Positions 1 through 10,210 of a stretch of DNA of 64,000 nt are shown one piece after another; position 1 is the first letter of the stretch; each line of letters starts with the position of its first letter. A program made the position numbers and the translations under genes. The notes under the pieces were generated by a model, which was given only the letters and a program-made list of their open reading frames with translations, was not told the DNA's origin and did no database searches. Source of the stretch: a virus (Duplodnaviria; Caudoviricetes); the IMG/VR virus record IMGVR_UViG_3300031555_004454, positions 3,916 to 67,915 of that record, one strand, 5' to 3'.

Positions 1-529
1 AAGTAACAGCATTTTTTATCTTATTTGCTGAAAGTGTACTTGTTGTAGAAGTAAGGTCTGTATCATTAATAAGTCCATCAACTTTTTCAGCTACCTTATC
101 AACAGCACCTTGAACAGTAGTAGCTTCAAGTCCGCTTTCTGCATTATTATATCCAATATCTTCCGCACCAAGAAGAATACCCTCGGCATCCGCCTCAACT
201 AAATAGTCTTGCTTTGCATCAAGAGCACCAGCTTCTTTAAGAATCTTAAACTCTTTCATTGTAAGCGGGATTGGCTCTGATGCACCATATTGCACGCCAT
301 TTTTATATATTCTCTTTGTATCATAAGTGTAATAAAGCCCGTTTAACTTTTCTTCTTCAGATAAGGCTTCATAATCTTCCTGAGTTAAAGTGACGGAGCT
401 ATCTCCGCCACCTAACTCTTTATTATCAAATTTTTCTTGAAGGCTTGAGTCATCATCAAAATAAATTGAGTCAGCCAATGCGACTGGGAAATCTGACATA
501 GCCTTTAAGGTATCAGCTAACTTAATCAA
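1..529 (-). CDS. Tail fibre/virion structural protein, partial (runs off the window start)
   Basis: Not in ORF track; manual translation from TTG at 529 after GGAGG RBS: LIKLADTLKAMSDFPVA...IGYNNAESGLEATTVQGAVDKVAEK, open to base 1. Confidence 0.7.
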   Translation of the reverse strand, partial: MIKLADTLKAMSDFPVALADSIYFDDDSSLQEKFDNKELGGGDSSVTLTQEDYEALSEEEKLNGLYYTYDTKRIYKNGVQYGASEPIPLTMKEFKILKEAGALDAKQDYLVEADAEGILLGAEDIGYNNAESGLEATTVQGAVDKVAEKVDGLINDTDLTSTTSTLSANKIKNAVT

Positions 530-545
530 AATTATCCTCCTCCCG

Positions 546-2564
546 TCACTTTATCTCCATTGTGATAGAACCTAAACCGCTTCTACCAGTCTTGTATATA
601 TTATAAGAACTTGTCTTTCCACTTGCATTTGTAAAGCTAATGGTTGCGGCGGTTTCTACTGTAACTTCAAATCCACCAATCCATACGCTTGATACTGTAC
701 CAAATGAAGTAGGAAGTGCAAGGAATCCATATTCATCAGTAACTACACTCATTGAATATGTGCCAGCCTTGCCAGTAACAAACTTGCTACCGCTAAGCCC
801 TAATACGAACTCACTGTTATATTCATCAGGTATTGCCGCAGAACCCCAGTAGCCCTTATTCAAGAAGCTAATCTTCTTACTTGCAGTCGCAGCATTTTCG
901 CCATCGCTAACTGTAAGAACGAAAGTTTTGGTATTACTTAATTCAGCACCATATACCGCACTTCTATCATCTACTGCAACAGTACAATCTGTAAGTGCTT
1001 GACTCTTGATTTCTTTATTAACCGCCCAACTAAATTCAATAGTATCAGCTGGAATAACTGTACCAATTTCATATACATCAGTTGAAGGAAGCATTGTGAA
1101 ACTTGTAATTTCTGGCTCTTCATAATAAACTTTTGCAAGAATTTTATCCACAGCTTGTTTTAAATTAGTTACATCAGTAAAGTAAACATCATTTTCATAA
1201 GATACTTTTTCTGCTGTACTACCAAGAGCAGTAGATTCTGAGAAAGTAACCGTACCATCTTCGCCAACTGTAAGAACTTTACCTGCGTTTGCAACATCTT
1301 GAGTTTTATCAAATTTCTTTTCAAATTCTGCTTTGATAACTTTATTCTGTACAGCGTTTGCGGAGGTCTCGTCCAATGTGTCATCATAGTCAGCCAACGC
1401 AACATTACCCATACTGTCAGTAACAAGATGCTTGTTAGCAATTTCATCGCCAACAAAAGTCTTATCAAGTTTACTATCTGCTTTTTCATTTAAAACTCTA
1501 CCTTGATTTGCAGAAAGAGGAACAGTAGTAGATGTACTATCAAGTCCATCATATATATCAACTGTCTTAACTCTTGTATCAATATCAGCCTTTAAAAGTG
1601 CTTCTAAAGCTTGCATTGCCGCAAGATTAGGAATTTTATCTGTATCTGTTTCATCGCCTTCATATGTAGCGGCTATGTCCTTTGACTTAGATACGAAGTC
1701 ATCAAAGTTCACGCCACCTGCGGAAACGATTGTGATTTCTTCTCCATTAATCCAGATTGTTTGCATCAGCTGACCAACCGCTTCATAATAGAACCAGATA
1801 TTTTCTTCATCTGTTGTTTCTGGTACGCCATCTTTAATATAAGTAGTGATACCATCCATATAAGAAGGTTTTTCATCACAGACAATAGCTTGTTCAGAAG
1901 CCATTTCCGCAATCTTCTGGTCAGTGTAAGACTTCGCATCTCTCAGTGTGGTAGAAGCAGATTTCTTGATAGAGCCTGTAACTGTACTATCTCCATTGAT
2001 TATTGCAATCGCATCTTCATTCGCCTTAACTCTGGCATCAAGTGCCGTAGAGGCAGCTTCCGCATTAGTCTTAACTTCATTAATAGCACCCTTAACAGTC
2101 TGGGCTGTTGTAGCAAGAGTCTCCGCACCGATTGATGCCTGAATATCACTAATAGCCTGTTCAGAATTTGTTATATGCTCTCTTACTTCACTATCATCAT
2201 AATTTTCAAGAGAAGCAAGTTTTTCTTTTTCAACTGTTGTATAGTCATTAGTAGAAAGTCCTTTTCCATCTTCAACAGAAACTTTCTTTTCAAGCAGTTC
2301 ATCTGTTTCAGTTTTCTTATAATAATCAATAAGTTCTGCCCCAGCACCACTTTCAACGACTCTCCACTTACCAAATACGGGGTCTATAATATTACTTCTA
2401 TTGTATCTATATCTGTTACCATCCTCAACAACATTACATTCAAAAACATCTGGGAGATAGTTTTCAGAATATGCAGCCATATCCGCAATAGTGGTAAATA
2501 AATCACGATCTACGTTAGGGGATTTCTTTTTAATACTTAAATTATCAAGTAAAGAAACTGACAT
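546..2564 (-). CDS. Tail fibre-like structural protein, 672 aa
   Basis: KVDKVEGKGLSTNDYT-type motif (KKVSVEDGKGLSTNDYTTVEKEKLASL), PLSANQGRVL motif typical of phage fibres, C-terminal Ig-like region. Confidence 0.7.
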   Translation of the reverse strand: MSVSLLDNLSIKKKSPNVDRDLFTTIADMAAYSENYLPDVFECNVVEDGNRYRYNRSNIIDPVFGKWRVVESGAGAELIDYYKKTETDELLEKKVSVEDGKGLSTNDYTTVEKEKLASLENYDDSEVREHITNSEQAISDIQASIGAETLATTAQTVKGAINEVKTNAEAASTALDARVKANEDAIAIINGDSTVTGSIKKSASTTLRDAKSYTDQKIAEMASEQAIVCDEKPSYMDGITTYIKDGVPETTDEENIWFYYEAVGQLMQTIWINGEEITIVSAGGVNFDDFVSKSKDIAATYEGDETDTDKIPNLAAMQALEALLKADIDTRVKTVDIYDGLDSTSTTVPLSANQGRVLNEKADSKLDKTFVGDEIANKHLVTDSMGNVALADYDDTLDETSANAVQNKVIKAEFEKKFDKTQDVANAGKVLTVGEDGTVTFSESTALGSTAEKVSYENDVYFTDVTNLKQAVDKILAKVYYEEPEITSFTMLPSTDVYEIGTVIPADTIEFSWAVNKEIKSQALTDCTVAVDDRSAVYGAELSNTKTFVLTVSDGENAATASKKISFLNKGYWGSAAIPDEYNSEFVLGLSGSKFVTGKAGTYSMSVVTDEYGFLALPTSFGTVSSVWIGGFEVTVETAATISFTNASGKTSSYNIYKTGRSGLGSITMEIK

Positions 2565-2582
2565 TTAACTTCCTCTCCTTTC

Positions 2583-3494
2583 TTATTCAAATGTAAGTTC
2601 TACATTGTCTGCACCTGTTGGGTCAATCAATGTATATATGTAATAACTAATTCCATCTATTGATTTTGTTGTAAGTTGGAAAGAAGATGTATAGTTAAAG
2701 TTATTAACTTTATCCATAATGCTTGTTAATTTACCCAATTCCGCAGGATAAGCATAACAAATCTTCGCCCAATCTGTTGTAATACCAGAATAAACATATT
2801 TCTTAGTATTTTTTAAAGTCTTGTTTAATGTTTTAACAAGAGCTTCGGTAGGTTCACCAGTTTCCGCATCAACTAAACCATAATAAGAATTACCGATAAA
2901 TGTAATTGTCTTACTTGCGGTTGCAGTCATACCTTCTATATCAGTTACAACAACTTTAATAGTTACATCATCATCTATTGTTGTATTATAAATATAAGGG
3001 AATGTACCACCATTAGCTACATTTGAGTCTGTTGTTTTAACTTTGGTATTGTTTATAAAATATTCAATTTTTGCTATATTATTAGTTTTCTTACCAACAG
3101 TAGCATTGATTGTAAGAGAACTAATAGAATCTGTTACTTCATCATATAAAGTGGTTGCGGGGTTCAGGATTATTGAGACTGTTGGAGCGATCTTTTCTGT
3201 CAACATATCTCGGATAATTACTTCAATAGGAGTGCCTATTGGATACGTTGTTCCACTTGCTACTTGACCTATTGTAACATTTGCGGTGATCGGTTCTTCA
3301 AGAACACCACCGCCTTCTTCAAATAAGAGGTCAAGAGCAGTTTTTACATTATTAACTGTAGGCTCATCTGCATTTGTATAATCAAGTGTGTTAATAGTTA
3401 CTGAGCCTTTTTCAGCAAAAGTATCTTTAACTACACGGGAATAATTTTGAAATTGTGTCTGTAAATAGGGTTTGGTAACATAATTTTCAGCCAT
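2583..3494 (-). CDS. Virion structural protein with Ig-like C-terminal region, 303 aa
   Basis: C-terminal half resembles that of 546..2564 (ATASKTITFIGNSYYG vs ATASKKISFLNKGYWG). Confidence 0.6.
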   Translation of the reverse strand: MAENYVTKPYLQTQFQNYSRVVKDTFAEKGSVTINTLDYTNADEPTVNNVKTALDLLFEEGGGVLEEPITANVTIGQVASGTTYPIGTPIEVIIRDMLTEKIAPTVSIILNPATTLYDEVTDSISSLTINATVGKKTNNIAKIEYFINNTKVKTTDSNVANGGTFPYIYNTTIDDDVTIKVVVTDIEGMTATASKTITFIGNSYYGLVDAETGEPTEALVKTLNKTLKNTKKYVYSGITTDWAKICYAYPAELGKLTSIMDKVNNFNYTSSFQLTTKSIDGISYYIYTLIDPTGADNVELTFE

Positions 3495-3512
3495 TTCAAA
3501 AACCTCCTTTCA

Positions 3513-3812
3513 TTAAAACATATTTGAAAAATCAATGTTTTCTGTTTCTTCATTTTCTGTTGTTAACACAATAACGCCGTTAACTTTAAGATTTCCTTCT
3601 GTGTTATCGTAAGAAATATTATCAAGTGTGTTTTTATATGTAGATGTCATACCGTTATTGACCTGAACTTCCCAATCACCGTCAGCAGTATTGAATGTAA
3701 GTTTACCAGTATTATAATCATAACTTGTACCACTGATAGTAGAGCCAACTTTATTAGCGTAATTCTTAGCTTGTTTTAAAGCTATAGCACCATCCATAAT
3801 CATTTCGCTCAT
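3513..3812 (-). CDS. Hypothetical protein, 99 aa
   Basis: ORF with RBS in the tightly packed late operon. Confidence 0.6.
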   Translation of the reverse strand: MSEMIMDGAIALKQAKNYANKVGSTISGTSYDYNTGKLTFNTADGDWEVQVNNGMTSTYKNTLDNISYDNTEGNLKVNGVIVLTTENEETENIDFSNMF

Positions 3813-3824
3813 ATAATCACCGCC

Positions 3825-4097
3825 TTAATAGTCAATCCATTCATTTGTTGAGCCTTTAAGAACTTTCATAGTACCATCTGTACCAATAGCATAACTATTC
3901 TGACTACAACTCTTGATTGTGCTTAACACATCTTTACCAGCAACTCCGATACGAGGAAGTTTATCACCATCTTCAGCCCAATCATCATAGCTGAAAGTAT
4001 AAATGCCAGTTGTATAATTACCATTAATAAGCCAAACAGCCATAAATCTATCATTCCTTTCCATAAAAATAAGTGGACAGAGAATAACTCTATCCAC
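3825..4097 (-). CDS. Hypothetical protein, 90 aa
   Basis: ORF in late operon. Confidence 0.55.
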   Translation of the reverse strand: MDRVILCPLIFMERNDRFMAVWLINGNYTTGIYTFSYDDWAEDGDKLPRIGVAGKDVLSTIKSCSQNSYAIGTDGTMKVLKGSTNEWIDY

Positions 4098-4125
4098 TTT
4101 AAATAAGTATTTTAATTATTTTGAA

Positions 4126-4497
4126 TTACTTAAACAAAACAGGGAATACGTTAGAAAGTACGTATCCGAGAATCGCCATTCCGATTGCCCCACATACAGC
4201 ACCGATAGCTTTATCCATCCACTGACTTTTCTTTTTATCAGGTGCGTTACGCAAGTCTGAAATCTGTGACCTCATTTCTCCCTGTTCCGATTTAATAGCT
4301 TTAACATCGTCTTTAATATCAACAACACCTTCTGTAAGTGTTCTCATATTAGCACTTATCTCATATATGGCTTCATTTTTGTTTTCAAGCCTCTTAATAG
4401 CTACCTCTACATCATCAAGCCTATGACTGTTGGACTTACATCTTTCGCTAATTTCGGCAATGTCTTTTACATACCCCTCATTAAATTCTAATGCCAT
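4126..4497 (-). CDS. XhlA/BhlA-like lysis-associated membrane protein
   Basis: N-terminal coiled coil (SNSHRLDDVE) plus one C-terminal hydrophobic helix; adjacent to holin and amidase. Confidence 0.65.
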   Translation of the reverse strand: MALEFNEGYVKDIAEISERCKSNSHRLDDVEVAIKRLENKNEAIYEISANMRTLTEGVVDIKDDVKAIKSEQGEMRSQISDLRNAPDKKKSQWMDKAIGAVCGAIGMAILGYVLSNVFPVLFK

Positions 4498-4508
4498 AGT
4501 AATCCTCC

Positions 4509-4874
4509 TTACATAGAGCCTTCTGCTTTAAATTCTACAACAGGAATATCATCGCCCTTACTTCCACCAGTCATATCTTCCCAAGCATTTTCAAGTGCAA
4601 CTCTGATAATGTCTTCATCGAATTTATATCCATTCTGCTTGCAAAGATTAGCAAGGTACTTCATTACGTACTCTCTCTTGTCTTTGCCAAGCTTTGTGCC
4701 AATAAAAATGGCTTCCGCAGCCTTAACGCCAACTTCTGCCCAATCCTGAAGATTACTCCACTGAGAGGCAGTCAGCTTTGACTTAATATACGGAATTACA
4801 AAATATGAAGCAACCGCCACAATCAGAGCAATTACTATCTCTACAATATTTGTAATATCTACTACATTTGTCAT
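4509..4874 (-). CDS. Phage holin, LL-H family-like
   Basis: Single N-terminal TM segment then IPYIKSK...VKAAEAIF...GKDKREYV pattern; next to endolysin. Confidence 0.75.
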   Translation of the reverse strand: MTNVVDITNIVEIVIALIVAVASYFVIPYIKSKLTASQWSNLQDWAEVGVKAAEAIFIGTKLGKDKREYVMKYLANLCKQNGYKFDEDIIRVALENAWEDMTGGSKGDDIPVVEFKAEGSM

Positions 4875-4887
4875 TTTAATTTCCTCC

Positions 4888-5724
4888 TTAAAGTTTTGTA
4901 ACGTATTTACTTGAAAGATTTATCCACGCATTTCTGCTTTTTTGATAAGCCTTTAAAAGTCCCCAAGTCGAATTGCCAACACGCTGTTCTTCTACGATTG
5001 TATAAACACCGCCATATTTTATGGTAGTAATGATAGGATAGTTTACACCACAACCCTTTCGCACATTAAGTCCATTCGGGTCTTTATCTACGACTTTGAC
5101 TTTATACGGTAGGGAAGCCTTAGGAACAGTAGGATTAGCTGTTACGGAATTGTTCTTAATACTCTGTTCTGTAATATCGACAGTGTTATTTCTTGTGACT
5201 TTACCACCATTCATTACGGTCTGCACATCTTTTTTAAATCTGTTCCAACGAGCAGTAGCTACAGCTTCAGGCTGATACTTTGTGGGAGACCAGTGTAATG
5301 GACATTGCTTTTTTGTGACATCATAATGTCTGATTAAATCATTAGTGTTTAAATTGTATTTCTTTAAGAGCATTGCACATAATTCACATAAAGAAACATA
5401 TGTAACATCATTAAACACACCGTCAGACTTAGGGTGACAAGTTTCTATACTGATAGAATATCCATTCGCCTGATTTGTACAGTAACTCCACTCGTTAAAA
5501 GGAATACACTGAATGACCTCACCGTTAAGCCCTACAATTAAATGAGAAGATACTTTTTTGCCCCCATTTTTCTGATTCTCGAAATAGTTCCTGTTTGCAA
5601 GAGCCGAGGTGTTGGGATTCCCCACATAATGTACTGCAATCTTCTCAACCTTCTTTAAAGGAGTCTGCGGTCTTGAATATTTATTAGGTGTTAAGAACAT
5701 TTCTGTAATTGTCATATTTTTCAC
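4888..5724 (-). CDS. Endolysin: N-acetylmuramoyl-L-alanine amidase (Amidase_2 type) with C-terminal SH3-like cell-wall-binding domain
   Basis: IAVHY, VSSHLIVG, SISIETCH, LIRHYDVTKKQCP zinc-amidase motifs; C-terminal GLNVRKGCGVNY...WGLL...WINL. Confidence 0.9.
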   Translation of the reverse strand: MKNMTITEMFLTPNKYSRPQTPLKKVEKIAVHYVGNPNTSALANRNYFENQKNGGKKVSSHLIVGLNGEVIQCIPFNEWSYCTNQANGYSISIETCHPKSDGVFNDVTYVSLCELCAMLLKKYNLNTNDLIRHYDVTKKQCPLHWSPTKYQPEAVATARWNRFKKDVQTVMNGGKVTRNNTVDITEQSIKNNSVTANPTVPKASLPYKVKVVDKDPNGLNVRKGCGVNYPIITTIKYGGVYTIVEEQRVGNSTWGLLKAYQKSRNAWINLSSKYVTKL

Positions 5725-5729
5725 ATCCT

Positions 5730-6050
5730 TTACATCATATTATTTCCATCGCTCTGCATAATCTGATTTGCAAGTTCTACAACTTGTGTTTCTATCTTAT
5801 TCTTGCTGATTTGCTTGCTGATTTTAATGACATTCTCAGCTTTCGCCTTACTGCAATAGAAACCTGTCATAGTTCCCAAAGATGCAAAAGCCGATGTACA
5901 AATAACTGTAACGGGACTCAGGTCAGTAATACCCCAAGCCCCACTATAAATTACACATATAAAACTTGCTACTACAACAAGCACAACAAAAATCAGATTA
6001 GCTATGTATATCTTTTTGCTAAATTCCATTTTTTGTTTCATTTTAATCAC
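5730..6050 (-). CDS. Small two-TM membrane protein (holin-like)
   Basis: Two hydrophobic helices, immediately upstream of endolysin. Confidence 0.55.
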   Translation of the reverse strand: MIKMKQKMEFSKKIYIANLIFVVLVVVASFICVIYSGAWGITDLSPVTVICTSAFASLGTMTGFYCSKAKAENVIKISKQISKNKIETQVVELANQIMQSDGNNMM

Positions 6051-6051
6051 C

Positions 6052-7191
6052 TCACGCTAATATCCAATTCTTGTTAAGAGCGACCGCCTTCTGTTCATCT
6101 GTGAGCTTGGCAAGGTTAACTTCTCCGAGAGTCAATGTTTTAGCAGTATCGCCCGTAAGGTCTTTCAGATTATTAAACATTGCAACCATACTGTCAACTG
6201 TTATATTTTCCGATACACTAACCGTCAAATCCATATTCCAATCCGCACCAAGCTGAACATCTTCAAGAGCCGTACAGCCATAAAAAATATAATAATTATT
6301 TCCAGAAGTAAGACTATTACTTGTTGCAGCAGTTATTGATGAAGGAAGATAAACAGTTTTCAATGCTACACAATTACTAAACACGCCTATACCTATTCTT
6401 GTCGCTCCATCAGGAAGCAAACAGAGTTCAAGAGAAGTACAATTATAGAATATCTGATTTTTAATCTCGCCGTTATAAGGCTCTTGAACAACGGTACTTT
6501 TTAATCCTTTACAGTCACGAAACATCATTTCTGTCGCTGTTCTGATGTTCAGATTTACAAGTCCTGCACAGCCATAAAAGATATAATTGCTGATAGTTTC
6601 ACTTTTGTTTATAACATTTTCAACAGCAGTATCACTAAGAGAAGTACAATTTTGAAACGCATATTGCCCAAGTTCCGAAATTATCATTCCGTCAGGTATG
6701 TTAATTGAGGTCAAAGCTGTACAACCGCTAAAAACATTGCCACTTATAACTATATTCTCTGTTGCATTATCGAAATTTAAATCTGTAAACGATGTGCAGC
6801 CATTAAAACTCAAACGTCCTATCGTAGTTAAAGTGCTTGGAAAAGTAACAGATTTCAAATTTTTACATCCACTGAAACATTGGTCACTTGCGGTTGTAAA
6901 ACCTTCGGAAAATGTTATACTTTCTACATTCGTATTATTTGCAAAGATGTGTTGGTATAAAGACGTCACTCCTTCAGGAACAACAACATCGCCTGCAGGT
7001 TTGCCATCTGTTCCAATGGGATATATACCGTTACCACTTCCTCCGCTTCCACTTTGAATATCCAATACTTTTGGCACAAGTGTCTCTAATGTTTCATCGT
7101 GTGTCGCATCGACACCCTTTTCAACAAGATTATCAGCAAGAGTGTTTTTCTGTTCTATAAGTTTATTAAGGTAATCAGAAGTTGTAGCCAT
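6052..7191 (-). CDS. BspA/TpLRR-type leucine-rich repeat protein
   Basis: Repeated FxxCxxLxSV/IxFP..IG..AF units across residues ~70-310. Confidence 0.85.
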   Translation of the reverse strand: MATTSDYLNKLIEQKNTLADNLVEKGVDATHDETLETLVPKVLDIQSGSGGSGNGIYPIGTDGKPAGDVVVPEGVTSLYQHIFANNTNVESITFSEGFTTASDQCFSGCKNLKSVTFPSTLTTIGRLSFNGCTSFTDLNFDNATENIVISGNVFSGCTALTSINIPDGMIISELGQYAFQNCTSLSDTAVENVINKSETISNYIFYGCAGLVNLNIRTATEMMFRDCKGLKSTVVQEPYNGEIKNQIFYNCTSLELCLLPDGATRIGIGVFSNCVALKTVYLPSSITAATSNSLTSGNNYYIFYGCTALEDVQLGADWNMDLTVSVSENITVDSMVAMFNNLKDLTGDTAKTLTLGEVNLAKLTDEQKAVALNKNWILA

Positions 7192-8408
7192 TACCCAATC
7201 CCTCCTGTTACACTTGCAAGAATTGTGTTAATATCACCTAATACAGATTTTATTTTATCAACAGACCAAGTAACGTCTGTGCCTGTCGATGCTGTATCGT
7301 CTATCATTGCCGTACTACTAACTCCTGTGTCTTCTTCTCCGATAAACCAATGTCCTGTTTCTGAATCAATATGAGGATTGATACCATTAGTTAATTCGGC
7401 GGTAGTAGTCTGCTCACCAGAAACAACAGTAATAGTCGCACCAGATGCCGTCTTAGTAACGGTAGCAGTAGGAGAAACACCGTTCTTACCCTCTGCAATA
7501 ATATCAGTGTCTTCCTCTCCAATCATCCAATGTTTAGTTGTTTCATCAATATGAGGGGTAATGCCGTTACTAAGAACGGATGTTGTCGTTCCACTCGCAT
7601 CGGTAATACTTATTGTAGCACCAGTATCAGTCTGCTCAGTTTTAGCGGTAGGGGAGACACCAGTATCTCCCTTTTCGCCTGTAAGTGCTTTCCATTTTGT
7701 ATTGTCAAAAGTATCGCCCGAAGTGTGTTTTTCAAGACATTTATACATTGTACTATCATAAATCACAATACAGCCAAGAGGATATTCAACATTACTTGCC
7801 CAATCAGCGATAATCGTACCTTCATTTATACAAGTGATAACGCCGTTCTCATTGACTGTAATCGTATTTCCATCAACCATTACTCCACCAAGAGCAGACA
7901 TAGTAGCAACAGGCAATTCGTAATCACTTCCGATAGACATACCGTTCCACATCAATTTACCCTCGCTATTCGTACCGAATAGGTCAATTACAGATTTGTT
8001 TTCGTGTGTATGAGCAGAAGATTCAAGCGTTGTAACTCTTGATGATACATTATTTATTGCCCGTTCGAGATTATTATTTATAGTGCTTATTGCACTGCCA
8101 AAACTCTGAGCGTTATTATCAACCTTAGTGTTGAGAATATCGTAGTCGTTTCTTAGCAAATTTACTTCATTGCATGCCGTCATTACATCATCAGAAAGAT
8201 TCAACACTTTGATTTCACCCGATAATGTTGTTATTTTAAAATGTTCATTGTTAAGTGTATCAAAAATCTTATCCGATGTGCCATCCATCAGACTTCCGAT
8301 AAAATTTGCTTTTGTGATTCTTCCTGTCGTACCGTGTGCATTGACAAGTATATCCTCAATATTATCAAACGCTACTTGCGGCAAATCCCTCGTAGCTATA
8401 TTTCCCAT
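7191..8408 (-). CDS. Tail-associated protein with CBM5/12-like motif and repeated PHID...HWxIG units
   Basis: WASNVEYPLGCIVIYDSTMYKCLEKHTSG...KW motif; two PHIDxxTxHWxIGEEDT repeats. Confidence 0.65.
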   Translation of the reverse strand: MGNIATRDLPQVAFDNIEDILVNAHGTTGRITKANFIGSLMDGTSDKIFDTLNNEHFKITTLSGEIKVLNLSDDVMTACNEVNLLRNDYDILNTKVDNNAQSFGSAISTINNNLERAINNVSSRVTTLESSAHTHENKSVIDLFGTNSEGKLMWNGMSIGSDYELPVATMSALGGVMVDGNTITVNENGVITCINEGTIIADWASNVEYPLGCIVIYDSTMYKCLEKHTSGDTFDNTKWKALTGEKGDTGVSPTAKTEQTDTGATISITDASGTTTSVLSNGITPHIDETTKHWMIGEEDTDIIAEGKNGVSPTATVTKTASGATITVVSGEQTTTAELTNGINPHIDSETGHWFIGEEDTGVSSTAMIDDTASTGTDVTWSVDKIKSVLGDINTILASVTGGIG

Positions 8409-8422
8409 TCAATCACCTTCTT

Positions 8423-10210
8423 TTAAATTGTTAATGTGTTTCCGTCACTATTTATAAGTACAGTTAATCTATTAGTCATAAGATAAGGACTATGACCACC
8501 CTCGTCGATGTATATAGGAGGATGAGGATATGGGTCTGTATCTTCAGTTTCAGCAACAGTAAGATTTACATCAACCATGTACCATTCACTCGTTTCTCCA
8601 CTATCAAGATAATAAGGGCTGTATAAAGCAGCGTCGAATTTATATGTGCCATTACCCTTGATAGGAATGTCTACATACTTATCAATACCGTTTTCAGCTA
8701 CAAGACAGCTCTCAGCTCTGAATCCAGCCTTTGCACCTTGTACTCCATAAGGGTCAGTTGCATATATCTTTACAATCGCAGATTCTATATCCTCGCCTGT
8801 TACATAAAGCCTGATATACTTATTATCAATGATTTCGTGACTGCAAATCACAGGAGTATGAAGTTGATTATCATATTGCTTCAAATCAGTCTCATACAAC
8901 GGTCTGAATAGTGACAATTCCATAGTCCACTTATTAGAACTATATGACAGCTTATTCAGAAAAAATAGATTGGTATCACCATCAACAGTAGTGTATTCGA
9001 CTCTCTTACCTACAAGCTTGCTCGGTTTATTGAACTTCTTTATGTACTTGTCCGCTATCGTTACAGTCCAAGTCTGATGATGGTATCTGCCCTTATAGAC
9101 TTCCCATCTTGCCCTTGCTTCACATTCTTCGTTTGATTGAAGTGTATCATCAGAAATAACCTGTTTCCTCGCAAAATGTGTTGTACCGCCGTCAAAATGC
9201 GACCAATCACAGATAGCGTAGTAGTTGTTATCCTTGCCGAAAACTTCTACTATATTATAATAGTTATCATCATTGTAGCTACTGCTCTCAGATAAGAACA
9301 ATTCTCCGTAATCTGTCCAGAACAGTTCAACGCCATTTCGTTTGGTAGGTTTACTACTCATATTGAGAACTCTGTCCTCATCTACCCAGAATGTTGCCCC
9401 TTCAAAAGCCAAATCCATTATCTGTTGTAACTCATCAGATCTGCCAATATCTGCATCAAAATCCATATCATATGGGAGCATATATACCTTTTGTCCATCA
9501 CCTAAAGCAGCATATCCATCATAGTTATCACTATTCAGCGGAATAGGTGCGGTATAATTCATAAACGTAATATCTTTACTTGCAGCACCCATAGCCAAAT
9601 CGTAAAGTAGTTTACCGTCAATACTGTGACCCTCAGCAATTCCTAATGCAACAGGTAGTGTCATACTTGTCCATTGATGCGTTTCAGGGTCAAGCGATAC
9701 CGTAGTTTCAGTATGAGCAACCACCCCACCACCTTTTTCTTTTGTCAGCAAAATAGAAAGCCCTGACAGGCTGATACTTAACGTGCCATCTGTAGGACTG
9801 TAACTGTAATCATTATTCGTAGGGACAAAATATCCCAAGTCTATCTTGAATACTTCACCTGTATTGTCGTTAGTATAAGTTTTGATAAGCCTATAGCATA
9901 TCTTCGTCCAAGACGTACTGCGAAGATTTCCACTGGATTCATCAACCCATTCCCTCATTTTGTTTTCACGTTTCATAAACCACCTTTGGTCGTCTGTTTC
10001 AACGTATAGAGTAAGGCTTGCTGTCTGATGAATGTTATCATCGCTTGTACAGTCATATGAATAATCTACCACCATGTCACTTATATCCATAACGAATTTA
10101 ACATAGTAATGACTGTATTCATATAATTCAACAATAACATTATTAGTTGTCTCGTGGGGAAAATGTGTATATGTAAAATAATCACTTCCGATTTTATGTC
10201 CTTTAGCCAT
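8423..10210 (-). CDS. Baseplate hub/minor tail protein, 595 aa
   Basis: Position downstream of tape-measure gene, size and beta-rich composition; family not recognised exactly. Confidence 0.55.
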   Translation of the reverse strand: MAKGHKIGSDYFTYTHFPHETTNNVIVELYEYSHYYVKFVMDISDMVVDYSYDCTSDDNIHQTASLTLYVETDDQRWFMKRENKMREWVDESSGNLRSTSWTKICYRLIKTYTNDNTGEVFKIDLGYFVPTNNDYSYSPTDGTLSISLSGLSILLTKEKGGGVVAHTETTVSLDPETHQWTSMTLPVALGIAEGHSIDGKLLYDLAMGAASKDITFMNYTAPIPLNSDNYDGYAALGDGQKVYMLPYDMDFDADIGRSDELQQIMDLAFEGATFWVDEDRVLNMSSKPTKRNGVELFWTDYGELFLSESSSYNDDNYYNIVEVFGKDNNYYAICDWSHFDGGTTHFARKQVISDDTLQSNEECEARARWEVYKGRYHHQTWTVTIADKYIKKFNKPSKLVGKRVEYTTVDGDTNLFFLNKLSYSSNKWTMELSLFRPLYETDLKQYDNQLHTPVICSHEIIDNKYIRLYVTGEDIESAIVKIYATDPYGVQGAKAGFRAESCLVAENGIDKYVDIPIKGNGTYKFDAALYSPYYLDSGETSEWYMVDVNLTVAETEDTDPYPHPPIYIDEGGHSPYLMTNRLTVLINSDGNTLTI

